Positions 51,243-63,992 of a DNA stretch of 64,000 nucleotides are shown one piece after another (position 1 is the first letter of the stretch; the number at the start of each line of letters is the position of its first letter). Origin of the DNA: the human T2T-CHM13v2.0 reference genome, Homo sapiens. The stretch lies in assembly GCF_009914755.1 (NCBI RefSeq), contig NC_060930.1; one strand, given 5' to 3'. The position numbers were made by a program, and so were the translations under genes. The notes below the pieces were generated by a model. That model was not told where the DNA came from. It saw only the letters and a program-made list of their open reading frames with translations, and did not search any database.

Positions 51243-53793
51243 AGCCTATGCTAGAAATGGAAATATCTCCCCATAAAACCAAGACAGAAGCAATCTCAGA
51301 AACTAATGTGTGATGGCTGCATTCCACACACACGGTGGACCATTTCTCTTGATAGAGCAGTTTTGAAACACTCTTTCTGTAGAATCTGCAAGTGGATAAT
51401 TGGACCTCCTAGAGGCCTTCGTTGGAAACGGGATTTCTTCATCTAAACCTACAGAGAAGAATTCTCAGTAACTTCTTCGGATGTGTGCATTCGACTCACA
51501 GAATGGAACATTCCCTTTGATAGAGCAGTTTTGAGACACCGTTTTTGTAGAATTCCCAAGTGGATATTTAGAGCACTTTGAAGTCTCTGCTAGAAAAGGA
51601 AACATCTTCATGTAAAAAGTAGATAGAATCGTTCTCAGAAAGTGCTTAGTGACGTGTGCGTTCAACTCACAGAGTTTAACGTTTCTTTTGATAGAGCGTT
51701 TCTGAAACACCCTTCTTGTAGTAGCTGCAAGTGGATATTTGGACCTATTGGAGGCCTTCTTTGGAAATGGGATTTCTTCATGTAACTCTAGATTGAAGAG
51801 TTCTCAGAAACTCCTTTGTGATGTGTGCATTCAATTCAAAGAGTGAAACCTCCCTTTTCACAGAGCAGTTTTGAAACACTGTTTTTGTAGGATTTCCAAG
51901 GGGATATTTATAGCGCATTGAGCCTACGGCGGAAAAAGAAACATCTTCCTATAAAAACTAGACAGAATACTTCTCAGAATCTGCTTTGCGATGTGTGCGT
52001 TCAACTCACAGAGTAAAACTTTTCTTTTGATAGAGCAGTTTTGAAACACTCTTTTTGTAGTATTTGCATGTGTATATTTAGAGCGCATTGAAGCCCACAG
52101 TAGAAAAGGAAATAACTTCACCTAAAACCTAGACAGAAGCAATCACAGAAACTACTTTGTGATGTGTACATTCAACTCACAGAGTGGAACTTTCCTCTTT
52201 ATAGAGCAGTGTTGAAACACTCTTTTTGTAGAAACTGCAAGTGGATATTTGGACCTCTTTGAGGCCTTCGTTGGAAACGGGATTTCTTCCTATAACCCTA
52301 GACAGAAGAATTTTCAGAAACCTCATTGTGATGTGTGCGTTCATCTCACAGAGTGGAGTCTTCCGTTTGATAGAGAAGTTTTGAAACCCTGTTCTTGTAG
52401 GATTTCCAAGTGGATATTTAGACCACTTTGAAGCCTATGATAGAAAAGGAAACATCTTCATGGAAAACATAGATAGAATCATCCTCAGAAACAACTTTGT
52501 GATGTGTGCGTTGAACTCACCGTCTTTAACCTTTCTTTTGGTAGAGAAGTTTTGAAACACTCTCTTTGTAAAGTCTACAAGTGGATATTTTGAGCCCTTG
52601 GAGGCATTCTTTGGAAAAGGGAATGTCTTCACATAAAAGGCAGACGGAAGTGTTCTCAGAAACTGCTTTGTGATGTCTGTGTTCAACTCACAGAGTTTAA
52701 CATTTCCTTTGATAGAGCGGTTTAGTAACCCTCTCTTTGTAGAATTTGGAAGTGTATACTAAGAGCGCTTTGAGGCCTATGGTAGAAAAGGAAATATCTT
52801 TCCATAAAAGCTAGACAGAAGCAATCTCAGAAACTCCTCTGTGATGTCTGCATTCAACTCACCGAGTGGAACATTCCTCTTGAGAGAGCAGTTTGGAAAC
52901 ACTCTTTCTGTAGAATCAGCTTGTTTGTATTTGGACCTCCTTGAGGCCTTCGTTGGAAACGGGTTTTCATCTTATAAACCCAGACAGAAGAATTCTCAGA
53001 GTCTTCTTTGTGATGTGTGCTTTCAACTCACCGAGATAAAGATTTCTCTTGATAGAGCAATTTGGAAACACTCTTTTTGTAGAATTTGCAAGGGTACATT
53101 GAGAGCGTTTTCAGGCCTATGGTAGAAAAGGGAATATCTTTCCATAAAAGGTAGACAGAAGCAATCTCAGAAACTACTTTGTGACGTGTGCATTCAACTC
53201 ACCGAGTGCAACGTTCCTCTTGACCGAGCAGTTTGGAAACATTGTTTCTGTAGAATCTGCAAGTGGATATTTGGACCTCTTTGAGGCCTTCGTTGGAAAC
53301 GGGATTTCTTCCTATAAACCCAGACAGAAGAATTCTCAGAGACTTCTTTGTGATGTGTGAATTCAACTCACAGTGTGGATCCTTCCTTTTGATAGAGCAG
53401 TTTTGAAACCCTGTTTTTGTAGTATTTCCAAGCGGATATTTGGAACGCCTTGAAGCGTATGGTAGAAAAGGAAATATCTTCCCATAAAACCTAGACAGAA
53501 CCAATCTCAGAAACGACTTTGTGATGTCTGCATTCAAGTCACAGAGTTGAACATTTCTCTTGATAGAGCAGTTTTGAAACCCTCTTTCTGAAGGATCTGC
53601 AAGTGGATATTTGGAACTCCTTTGGGTCTTCGTTGGAAACGGGATTTCTTCGTATAAATCTAGACAGAAGAATTCTCAGAAACTTCCTTGTGATGTGTGC
53701 ATTCAACTCAGCGAGTGGCACCTTCCTTTGGATACAGCAGTTTTGAAACACTGTTTTTGTAGTATTTCCAAGCGGATATTTAGAGCACCTTGA
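51243..53793 (+). repeat. 15-mer HOR unit (U20)
   Basis: 2551-bp step. Confidence 0.95.
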
Positions 53794-55833
53794 AGGCTAT
53801 GCTAGAAATGGAAATATCTCCCCATAAAACCAAGACGGAAGCAATCTCAGAAACTAATGTGTGATGGCTGCATTCCACACACACGGTGGACCATTTCTCT
53901 TGATAGAGCAGTTTTGAAACACTCTTTCTGTAGAATCTGCAAGTGGATAATTGGACCTCCTAGAGGCCTTCGTTGGAAACGGGATTTCTTCATCTAAACC
54001 TACAGAGAAGTATTCTCAGTAACTTCTTCGGATGTGTGCATTCGACGCACAGAATGGAACATTCCCTTTGATAGAGCAGTTTTGAGACACCGTTTTTGTA
54101 GAATTCCCAAGTGGATATTTAGAGCACTTTGAAGTCTCTGCTAGAAAAGGAAACATCTTCATGTAAAAAGTAGATAGAATCGTTCTCAGAAAGTGCTTAG
54201 TGTCGTGTGCGTTCAACTCACAGAGTTTAACGTTTCTTTTGATAGAGCGTTTCTGAAACACCCTTCTTGTAGTAGCTGCAAGTGGATATTTGGACCTATT
54301 GGAGGCCTTCTTTGGAAATGGGATTTCTTCATGTAACTCTAGATTGAAGAATTCTCAGAAACTCCTTTGTGATGTGTGCATTCAATTCAAAGAGTGAAAC
54401 CTCTCTTTTCACAGAGCAGTTTTGAAACACTGTTTTTGTAGGATTTCCAAGGGGATATTTATAGCGCATTGAGCCTACGGCGGAAAAAGAAACATCTTCC
54501 TATAAAAACTAGACAGAATACTTCTCAGAATCTGCTTTGCGATGTGTGCGTTCAACTCACAGAGTAAAACTTTTCTTTTGATAGAGCAGTTTTGAAACAC
54601 TCTTTTTGTAGTATTTGCATGTGTATATTTAGAGCGCATTGAAGCCCACAGTAGAAAAGGAAATAACTTCACCTAAAACCTAGACAGAAGCAATCACAGA
54701 AACTACTTTGTGATGTGTACATTCAACTCACAGAGTGGAACTTTCCTCTTTATAGAGCAGTGTTGAAACACTCTTTTTGTAGAAACTGCAAGTGGATATT
54801 TGGACCTCTTTGAGGCCTTCGTTGGAAACGGGATTTCTTCCTATAACCCTAGACAGAAGAATTTTCAGAAACCTCATTGTGATGTGTGCGTTCATCTCAC
54901 AGAGTGGAGTCTTCCGTTTGATAGAGAAGTTTTGAAACCCTGTTCTTGTAGGATTTCCAAGTGGATATTTAGACCACTTTGAAGCCTATGATAGAAAAGG
55001 AAACATCTTCATGGAAAACATAGATAGAATCATCCTCAGAAACAACTTTGTGATGTGTGCGTTGAACTCACCGTCTTTAACCTTTCTTTTGGTAGAGAAG
55101 TTTTGAAACACTCTCTTTGTAAAGTCTACAAGTGGATATTTTGAGCCCTTGGAGGCATTCTTTGGAAAAGGGAATGTCTTCACATAAAAGGCAGACGGAA
55201 GTGTTCTCAGAAACTGCTTTGTGATGTCTGTGTTCAACTCACAGAGTTTAACATTTCCTTTGATAGAGCGGTTTAGTAACCCTCTCTTTGTAGAATTTGG
55301 AAGTGTATACTAAGAGCGCTTTGAGGCCTATGGTAGAAAAGGAAATATCTTTCCATAAAAGCTAGACAGAAGCAATCTCAGAAACTACTGTGTGATGGCT
55401 GCATTCCACACACACGGTGGAACATTTCTCTTGATAGAGCAGTTTTGAAACACTCTTTCTGTAGAATCTGCAAGTGGATAATTGGACCGCCTTGAGGCCT
55501 TCGTTGGAAACGGGATTTCTTCATGTTACTCTAGATAGAAGAATTCTCAAACACTGCTATGTGATGTTTGCATTCAAGTCACAGAGTGCAACATTCCTCT
55601 TGGTAGAGCAGTTGGGAAACACTCCTTTTGTAGAATCTGCAATGGGATATTTGGACTTCTTTGAGGCCTTCGTTGGAAACGGGATTTCTTCGTATGAATC
55701 TAGACAGAAGAATTCTCAGAAACTTCCTTGTGATGTGTGCATTCAACTCAGCGAGTGGCACCTTCCTTTGGATACAGCAGTTTTGAAACACTGTTTTTGT
55801 AGTATTTCCAAGCGGATATTTAGAGCGCCTTGA
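53794..55833 (+). repeat. 12-mer structural-variant HOR unit (U21, 2040 bp; lacks 6 monomers / 1017 bp relative to the 18-mer)
   Basis: Marker step 53793 to 55833. Hybrid junction GCTAGACAGAAGCAATCTCAGAAACTACTGTGTGATGG at ~55361-55398. The 94-aa and 112-aa repeat ORFs are missing here. Confidence 0.95.
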
Positions 55834-58384
55834 AGCCTATGCTAGAAATGGAAATATCTCCCCATAAAACCAAGACAGAAGCAATCTCAGAAACTAATGT
55901 GTGATGGCTGCATTCCACACACACGGTGGACCATTTCTCTTGATAGAGCAGTTTTGAAACACTCTTTCTGTAGAATCTGCAAGTGGATAATTGGACCTCC
56001 TAGAGGCCTTCGTTGGAAACGGGATTTCTTCATCTAAACCTAGAGAGAAGAATTCTCAGTAACTTCTTCGGATGTGTGCATTCGACTCACAGAATGGAAC
56101 ATTCCCTTTGATAGAGCAGTTTTGAGACACCGTTTTTGTAGAATTCCCAAGTGGATATTTAGAGCACTTTGAAGTCTCTGCTAGAAAAGGAAACATCTTC
56201 ATGTAAAAAGTAGATAGAATCGTTCTCAGAAAGTGCTTAGTGACGTGTGCGTTCAACTCACAGAGTTTAACGTTTCTTTTGATAGAGCGTTTCTGAAACA
56301 CCCTTCTTGTAGTAGCTGCAAGTGGATATTTGGACCTATTGGAGGCCTTCTTTGGAAATGGGATTTCTTCATGTAACTCTAGATTGAAGAGTTCTCAGAA
56401 ACTCCTTTGTGATGTGTGCATTCAATTCAAAGAGTGAAACCTCCCTTTTCACAGAGCAGTTTTGAAACACTGTTTTTGTAGGATTTCCAAGGGGATATTT
56501 ATAGCGCATTGAGCCTACGGCGGAAAAAGAAACATCTTCCTATAAAAACTAGACAGAATACTTCTCAGAATCTGCTTTGCGATGTGTGCGTTCAACTCAC
56601 AGAGTAAAACTTTTCTTTTGATAGAGCAGTTTTGAAACACTCTTTTTGTAGTATTTGCATGTGTATATTTAGAGCGCATTGAAGCCCACAGTAGAAAAGG
56701 AAATAACTTCACCTAAAACCTAGACAGAAGCAATCACAGAAACTACTTTGTGATGTGTACATTCAACTCACAGAGTGGAACTTTCCTCTTTATAGAGCAG
56801 TGTTGAAACACTCTTTTTGTAGAAACTGCAAGTGGATATTTGGACCTCTTTGAGGCCTTCGTTGGAAACGGGATTTCTTCCTATAACCCTAGACAGAAGA
56901 ATTTTCAGAAACCTCATTGTGATGTGTGCGTTCATCTCACAGAGTGGAGTCTTCCGTTTGATAGAGAAGTTTTGAAACCCTGTTCTTGTAGGATTTCCAA
57001 GTGGATATTTAGACCACTTTGAAGCCTATGATAGAAAAGGAAACATCTTCATGGAAAACATAGATAGAATCATCCTCAGAAACAACTTTGTGATGTGTGC
57101 GTTGAACTCACCGTCTTTAACCTTTCTTTTGGTAGAGAAGTTTTGAAACACTCTCTTTGTAAAGTCTACAAGTGGATATTTTGAGCCCTTGGAGGCATTC
57201 TTTGGAAAAGGGAATGTCTTCACATAAAAGGCAGACGGAAGTGTTCTCAGAAACTGCTTTGTGATGTCTGTGTTCAACTCACAGAGTTTAACATTTCCTT
57301 TGATAGAGCGGTTTAGTAACCCTCTCTTTGTAGAATTTGGAAGTGTATACTAAGAGCGCTTTGAGGCCTATGGTAGAAAAGGAAATATCTTTCCATAAAA
57401 GCTAGACAGAAGCAATCTCAGAAACTCCTCTGTGATGTCTGCATTCAACTCACCGAGTGGAACATTCCTCTTGAGAGAGCAGTTTGGAAACACTCTTTCT
57501 GTAGAATCAGCTTGTTTGTATTTGGACCTCCTTGAGGCCTTCGTTGGAAACGGGTTTTCATCTTATAAACCCAGACAGAAGAATTCTCAGAGTCTTCTTT
57601 GTGATGTGTGCTTTCAACTCACCGAGATAAAGATTTCTCTTGATAGAGCAATTTGGAAACACTCTTTTTGTAGAATTTGCAAGGGTACATTGAGAGCGCT
57701 TTCAGGCCTATGGTAGAAAAGGGAATATCTTTCCATAAAAGGTAGACAGAAGCAATCTCAGAAACTACTTTGTGACGTGTGCATTCAACTCACCGAGTGC
57801 AACGTTCCTCTTGACCGAGCAGTTTGGAAACATTGTTTCTGTAGAATCTGCAAGTGGATATTTGGACCTCTTTGAGGCCTTCGTTGGAAACGGGATTTCT
57901 TCCTATAAACCCAGACAGAAGAATTCTCAGAGACTTCTTTGTGATGTGTGAATTCAACTCACAGTGTGGATCCTTCCTTTTGATAGAGCAGTTTTGAAAC
58001 CCTGTTTTTGTAGTATTTCCAAGCGGATATTTGGAACGCCTTGAAGCGTATGGTAGAAAAGGAAATATCTTCCCATAAAACCTAGACAGAACCAATCTCA
58101 GAAACGACTTTGTGATGTCTGCATTCAAGTCACAGAGTTGAACATTTCTCTTGATAGAGCAGTTTTGAAACCCTCTTTCTGAAGGATCTGCAAGTGGATA
58201 TTTGGAACTCCTTTGGGTCTTCGTTGGAAACGGGATTTCTTCGTATAAATCTAGACAGAAGAATTCTCAGAAACTTCCTTGTGATGTGTGCATTCAACTC
58301 AGCGAGTGGCACCTTCCTTTGGATACAGCAGTTTTGAAACACTGTTTTTGTAGTATTTCCAAGCGGATATTTAGAGCGCCTTGA
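55834..58384 (+). repeat. 15-mer HOR unit (U22)
   Basis: 2551-bp step. Confidence 0.95.
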
Positions 58385-61300
58385 AGCCTATGCTAGAAAT
58401 GGAAATATCTCCCCATAAAACCAAGACGGAAGCAATCTCAGAAACTAATGTGTGATGGCTGCATTCCACACACACGGTGGACCATTTCTCTTGATAGAGC
58501 AGTTTTGAAACACTCTTTCTGTAGAATCTGCAAGTGGATAATTGGACCTCCTAGAGGCCTTCGTTGGAAACGGGATTTCTTCATCTAAACCTACAGAGAA
58601 GTATTCTCAGTAACTTCTTCGGATGTGTGCATTCGACGCACAGAATGGAACATTCCCTTTGATAGAGCAGTTTTGAGACACCGTTTTTGTAGAATTCCCA
58701 AGTGGATATTTAGAGCACTTTGAAGTCTCTGCTAGAAAAGGAAACATCTTCATGTAAAAAGTAGATAGAATCGTTCTCAGAAAGTGCTTAGTGACGTGTG
58801 CGTTCAACTCACAGAGTTTAACGTTTCTTTTGATAGAGCGTTTCTGAAACACCCTTCTTGTAGTAGCTGCAAGTGGATATTTGGACCTATTGGAGGCCTT
58901 CTTTGGAAATGGGATTTCTTCATGTAACTCTAGATTGAAGAGTTCTCAGAAACTCCTTTGTGATGTGTGCATTCAATTCAAAGAGTGAAACCTCTCTTTT
59001 CACAGAGCAGTTTTGAAACACTGTTTTTGTAGGATTTCCAAGGGGATATTTATAGCGCATTGAGCCTACGGCGGAAAAAGAAACATCTTCCTATAAAAAC
59101 TAGACAGAATACTTCTCAGAATCTGCTTTGCGATGTGTGCGTTCAACTCACAGAGTAAAACTTTTCTTTTGATAGAGCAGTTTTGAAACACTCTTTTTGT
59201 AGTATTTGCATGTGTATATTTAGAGCGCATTGAAGCCCACAGTAGAAAAGGAAATAACTTCACCTAAAACCTAGACAGAAGCAATCTCAGAAACTACTTT
59301 GTGATGTGTACATTCAACTCACAGAGTGGAACTTTCCTCTTTATAGAGCAGTGTTGAAACACTCTTTTTGTAGAAACTGCAAGTGGATATTTGGACCTCT
59401 TTGAGGCCTTCGTTGGAAACGGGATTTCTTCCTATAACCCTAGACAGAAGAATTTTCAGAAACCTCATTGTGATGTGTGCGTTCATCTCACAGAGTGGAG
59501 TCTTCCGTTTGATAGAGAAGTTTTGAAACCCTGTTCTTGTAGGATTTCCAAGTGGATATTTAGACCACTTTGAAGCCTATGATAGAAAAGGAAACATCTT
59601 CATGGAAAACATAGATAGAATCATCCTCAGAAACAACTTTGTGATGTGTGCGTTGAACTCACCGTCTTTAACCTTTCTTTTGGTAGAGAAGTTTTGAAAC
59701 ACTCTCTTTGTAAAGTCTACAAGTGGATATTTTGAGCCCTTGGAGGCATTCTTTGGAAAAGGGAATGTCTTCACATAAAAGGCAGACGGAAGTGTTCTCA
59801 GAAACTGCTTTGTGATGTCTGTGTTCAACTCACAGAGTTTAACATTTCCTTTGATAGAGCGGTTTAGTAACCCTCTCTTTGTAGAATTTGGAAGTGTATA
59901 CTAAGAGCGCTTTGAGGCCTATGGTAGAAAAGGAAATATCTTTCCATAAAAGCTAGACAGAAGCAATCTCAGAAACTCCTCTGTGATGTCTGCATTCAAC
60001 TCACCGAGTGGAACATTCCTCTTGATAGAGCAGTTTGGAAACACTCTTTCTGTAGAATCAGCTTGTTTGTATTTGGACCTCCTTGAGGCCTTCGTTGGAA
60101 ACGGGTTTTCATCTTATAAACCCAGACAGAAGAATTCTCAGAGTCTTCTTTGTGATGTGTGCTTTCAACTCACCGAGATAAAGATTTCTCTTGATAGAGC
60201 AATTTGGAAACACTCTTTTTGTAGAATTTGCAAGGGTTCATTGAGAGCGCTTTCAGGCCTATGGTAGAAAAGGGAATATCTTTCCATAAAAGGTAGACAG
60301 AAGCAATCTCAGAAACTACTTTGTGATGTGTGCATTCAACTCACCGAGTGCAACGTTCCTCTTGACCGAGCAGTTTGGAAACATTGTTTCTGTAGAATCT
60401 GCAAGTGGATATTTGGACCTCTTTGAGGCCTTCGTTGGAAACGGGATTTCTTCCTATAAACCCAGACAGAAGAATTCTCAGAGACTTCTTTGTGATGTGT
60501 GAATTCAACTCACAGTGTGGATCCTTCCTTTTGATAGAGCAGTTTTGAAACCCTGTTTTTGTAGTATTTCCAAGCGGATATTTGGAACGCCTTGAAGCGT
60601 ATGGTAGAAAAGGAAATATCTTCCCATAAAACCTAGACAGAACCAATCTCAGAAACGACTTTGTGATGTCTGCATTCAAGTCACAGAGTTGAACATTTCT
60701 CTTGATAGAGCAGTTTTGAAACCCTCTTTCTGAAGGATCTGCAAGTGGATATTTGGAACTCCTTTGGGTCTTCGTTGGAAACGGGATTTCTTCGTATAAA
60801 TCTAGACAGAAGAATTCTCCGAAACTTCTTTGGTTGTGTGCATTCAAGTCACAGAGTGGAACCTTCCTTTGGATAGAGCAGTTTGAAACGCCGTGGTTGT
60901 AGTATTTCCAAGCGGATATTAGAGCGCCTTGAGGCCTATGGTAGAAAAGGAAATATCTTCCCATAAATCCTAGACGGAAGCAATCTCAGAAACTACTGTG
61001 TGATGGCTGCATTCCACACACACGGTGGAACATTTCTCTTGATAGAGCAGTTTTGAAACACTCTTTCTGTAGAATCTGCAAGTGGATAATTGGACCGCCT
61101 TGAGGCCTTCGTTGGAAACGGGATTTCTTCATGTTACTCTAGATAGAAGAATTCTCAAACACTGCTATGTGATGTTTGCATTCAAGTCACAGAGTGCAAC
61201 ATTCCTCTTGGTAGAGCAGTTGGGAAACACTCCTTTTGTAGAATCTGCAATGGGATATTTGGACTTCTTTGAGGCCTTCGTTGGAAACGGGATTTCTTCG

Positions 61301-61441
61301 TATGAATCTAGACAGAAGAATTCTCAGAAACTTCCTTGTGATGTGTGCATTCAACTCAGCGAGTGGCACCTTCCTTTGGATACAGCAGTTTTGAAACACT
61401 GTTTTTGTAGTATTTCCAAGCGGATATTTAGAGCGCCTTGA
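58385..61441 (+). repeat. 18-mer HOR unit (U23)
   Basis: 3057-bp step; extra segment at 60820-61325. Confidence 0.95.
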
Positions 61442-63992
61442 AGCCTATGCTAGAAATGGAAATATCTCCCCATAAAACCAAGACAGAAGCAATCTCAGAA
61501 ACTAATGTGTGATGGCTGCATTCCACACACACGGTGGACCATTTCTCTTGATAGAGCAGTTTTGAAACACTCTTTCTGTAGAATCTGCAAGTGGATAATT
61601 GGACCTCCTAGAGGCCTTCGTTGGAAACGGGATTTCTTCATCTAAACCTAGAGAGAAGAATTCTCAGTAACTTCTTCGGATGTGTGCATTCGACTCACAG
61701 AATGGAACATTCCCTTTGATAGAGCAGTTTTGAGACACCGTTTTTGTAGAATTCCCAAGTGGATATTTAGAGCACTTTGAAGTCTCTGCTAGAAAAGGAA
61801 ACATCTTCATGTAAAAAGTAGATAGAATCGTTCTCAGAAAGTGCTTAGTGACGTGTGCGTTCAACTCACAGAGTTTAACGTTTCTTTTGATAGAGCGTTT
61901 CTGAAACACCCTTCTTGTAGTAGCTGCAAGTGGATATTTGGACCTATTGGAGGCCTTCTTTGGAAATGGGATTTCTTCATGTAACTCTAGATTGAAGAGT
62001 TCTCAGAAACTCCTTTGTGATGTGTGCATTCAATTCAAAGAGTGAAACCTCCCTTTTCACAGAGCAGTTTTGAAACACTGTTTTTGTAGGATTTCCAAGG
62101 GGATATTTATAGCGCATTGAGCCTACGGCGGAAAAAGAAACATCTTCCTATAAAAACTAGACAGAATACTTCTCAGAATCTGCTTTGCGATGTGTGCGTT
62201 CAACTCACAGAGTAAAACTTTTCTTTTGATAGAGCAGTTTTGAAACACTCTTTTTGTAGTATTTGCATGTGTATATTTAGAGCGCATTGAAGCCCACAGT
62301 AGAAAAGGAAATAACTTCACCTAAAACCTAGACAGAAGCAATCACAGAAACTACTTTGTGATGTGTACATTCAACTCACAGAGTGGAACTTTCCTCTTTA
62401 TAGAGCAGTGTTGAAACACTCTTTTTGTAGAAACTGCAAGTGGATATTTGGACCTCTTTGAGGCCTTCGTTGGAAACGGGATTTCTTCCTATAACCCTAG
62501 ACAGAAGAATTTTCAGAAACCTCATTGTGATGTGTGCGTTCATCTCACAGAGTGGAGTCTTCCGTTTGATAGAGAAGTTTTGAAACCCTGTTCTTGTAGG
62601 ATTTCCAAGTGGATATTTAGACCACTTTGAAGCCTATGATAGAAAAGGAAACATCTTCATGGAAAACATAGATAGAATCATCCTCAGAAACAACTTTGTG
62701 ATGTGTGCGTTGAACTCACCGTCTTTAACCTTTCTTTTGGTAGAGAAGTTTTGAAACACTCTCTTTGTAAAGTCTACAAGTGGATATTTTGAGCCCTTGG
62801 AGGCATTCTTTGGAAAAGGGAATGTCTTCACATAAAAGGCAGACGGAAGTGTTCTCAGAAACTGCTTTGTGATGTCTGTGTTCAACTCACAGAGTTTAAC
62901 ATTTCCTTTGATAGAGCGGTTTAGTAACCCTCTCTTTGTAGAATTTGGAAGTGTATACTAAGAGCGCTTTGAGGCCTATGGTAGAAAAGGAAATATCTTT
63001 CCATAAAAGCTAGACAGAAGCAATCTCAGAAACTCCTCTGTGATGTCTGCATTCAACTCACCGAGTGGAACATTCCTCTTGAGAGAGCAGTTTGGAAACA
63101 CTCTTTCTGTAGAATCAGCTTGTTTGTATTTGGACCTCCTTGAGGCCTTCGTTGGAAACGGGTTTTCATCTTATAAACCCAGACAGAAGAATTCTCAGAG
63201 TCTTCTTTGTGATGTGTGCTTTCAACTCACCGAGATAAAGATTTCTCTTGATAGAGCAATTTGGAAACACTCTTTTTGTAGAATTTGCAAGGGTACATTG
63301 AGAGCGCTTTCAGGCCTATGGTAGAAAAGGGAATATCTTTCCATAAAAGGTAGACAGAAGCAATCTCAGAAACTACTTTGTGATGTGTGCATTCAACTCA
63401 CCGAGTGCAACGTTCCTCTTGACCGAGCAGTTTGGAAACATTGTTTCTGTAGAATCTGCAAGTGGATATTTGGACCTCTTTGAGGCCTTCGTTGGAAACG
63501 GGATTTCTTCCTATAAACCCAGACAGAAGAATTCTCAGAGACTTCTTTGTGATGTGTGAATTCAACTCACAGTGTGGATCCTTCCTTTTGATAGAGCAGT
63601 TTTGAAACCCTGTTTTTGTAGTATTTCCAAGCGGATATTTGGAACGCCTTGAAGCGTATGGTAGAAAAGGAAATATCTTCCCATAAAACCTAGACAGAAC
63701 CAATCTCAGAAACGACTTTGTGATGTCTGCATTCAAGTCACAGAGTTGAACATTTCTCTTGATAGAGCAGTTTTGAAACCCTCTTTCTGAAGGATCTGCA
63801 AGTGGATATTTGGAACTCCTTTGGGTCTTCGTTGGAAACGGGATTTCTTCGTATAAATCTAGACAGAAGAATTCTCAGAAACTTCCTTGTGATGTGTGCA
63901 TTCAACTCAGCGAGTGGCACCTTCCTTTGGATACAGCAGTTTTGAAACACTGTTTTTGTAGTATTTCCAAGCGGATATTTAGAGCGCCTTGA
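61442..63992 (+). repeat. 15-mer HOR unit (U24)
   Basis: 2551-bp step. Confidence 0.95.

Noticed and set aside
78-63845. No mutated copy noticed among ~130 intact CENP-B boxes, read as purifying selection
   Set aside because: Boxes cover only ~3-4% of each unit and only a few dozen variable sites exist, so the absence is not significant; my scan was also by eye.
10-63992. About 180 short ORFs (60-119 aa) recurring on both strands
   Set aside because: They are chance translations of satellite monomers. They overlap on opposite strands, recur at the HOR period, mostly rely on alternative starts and resemble no protein family I recognise.
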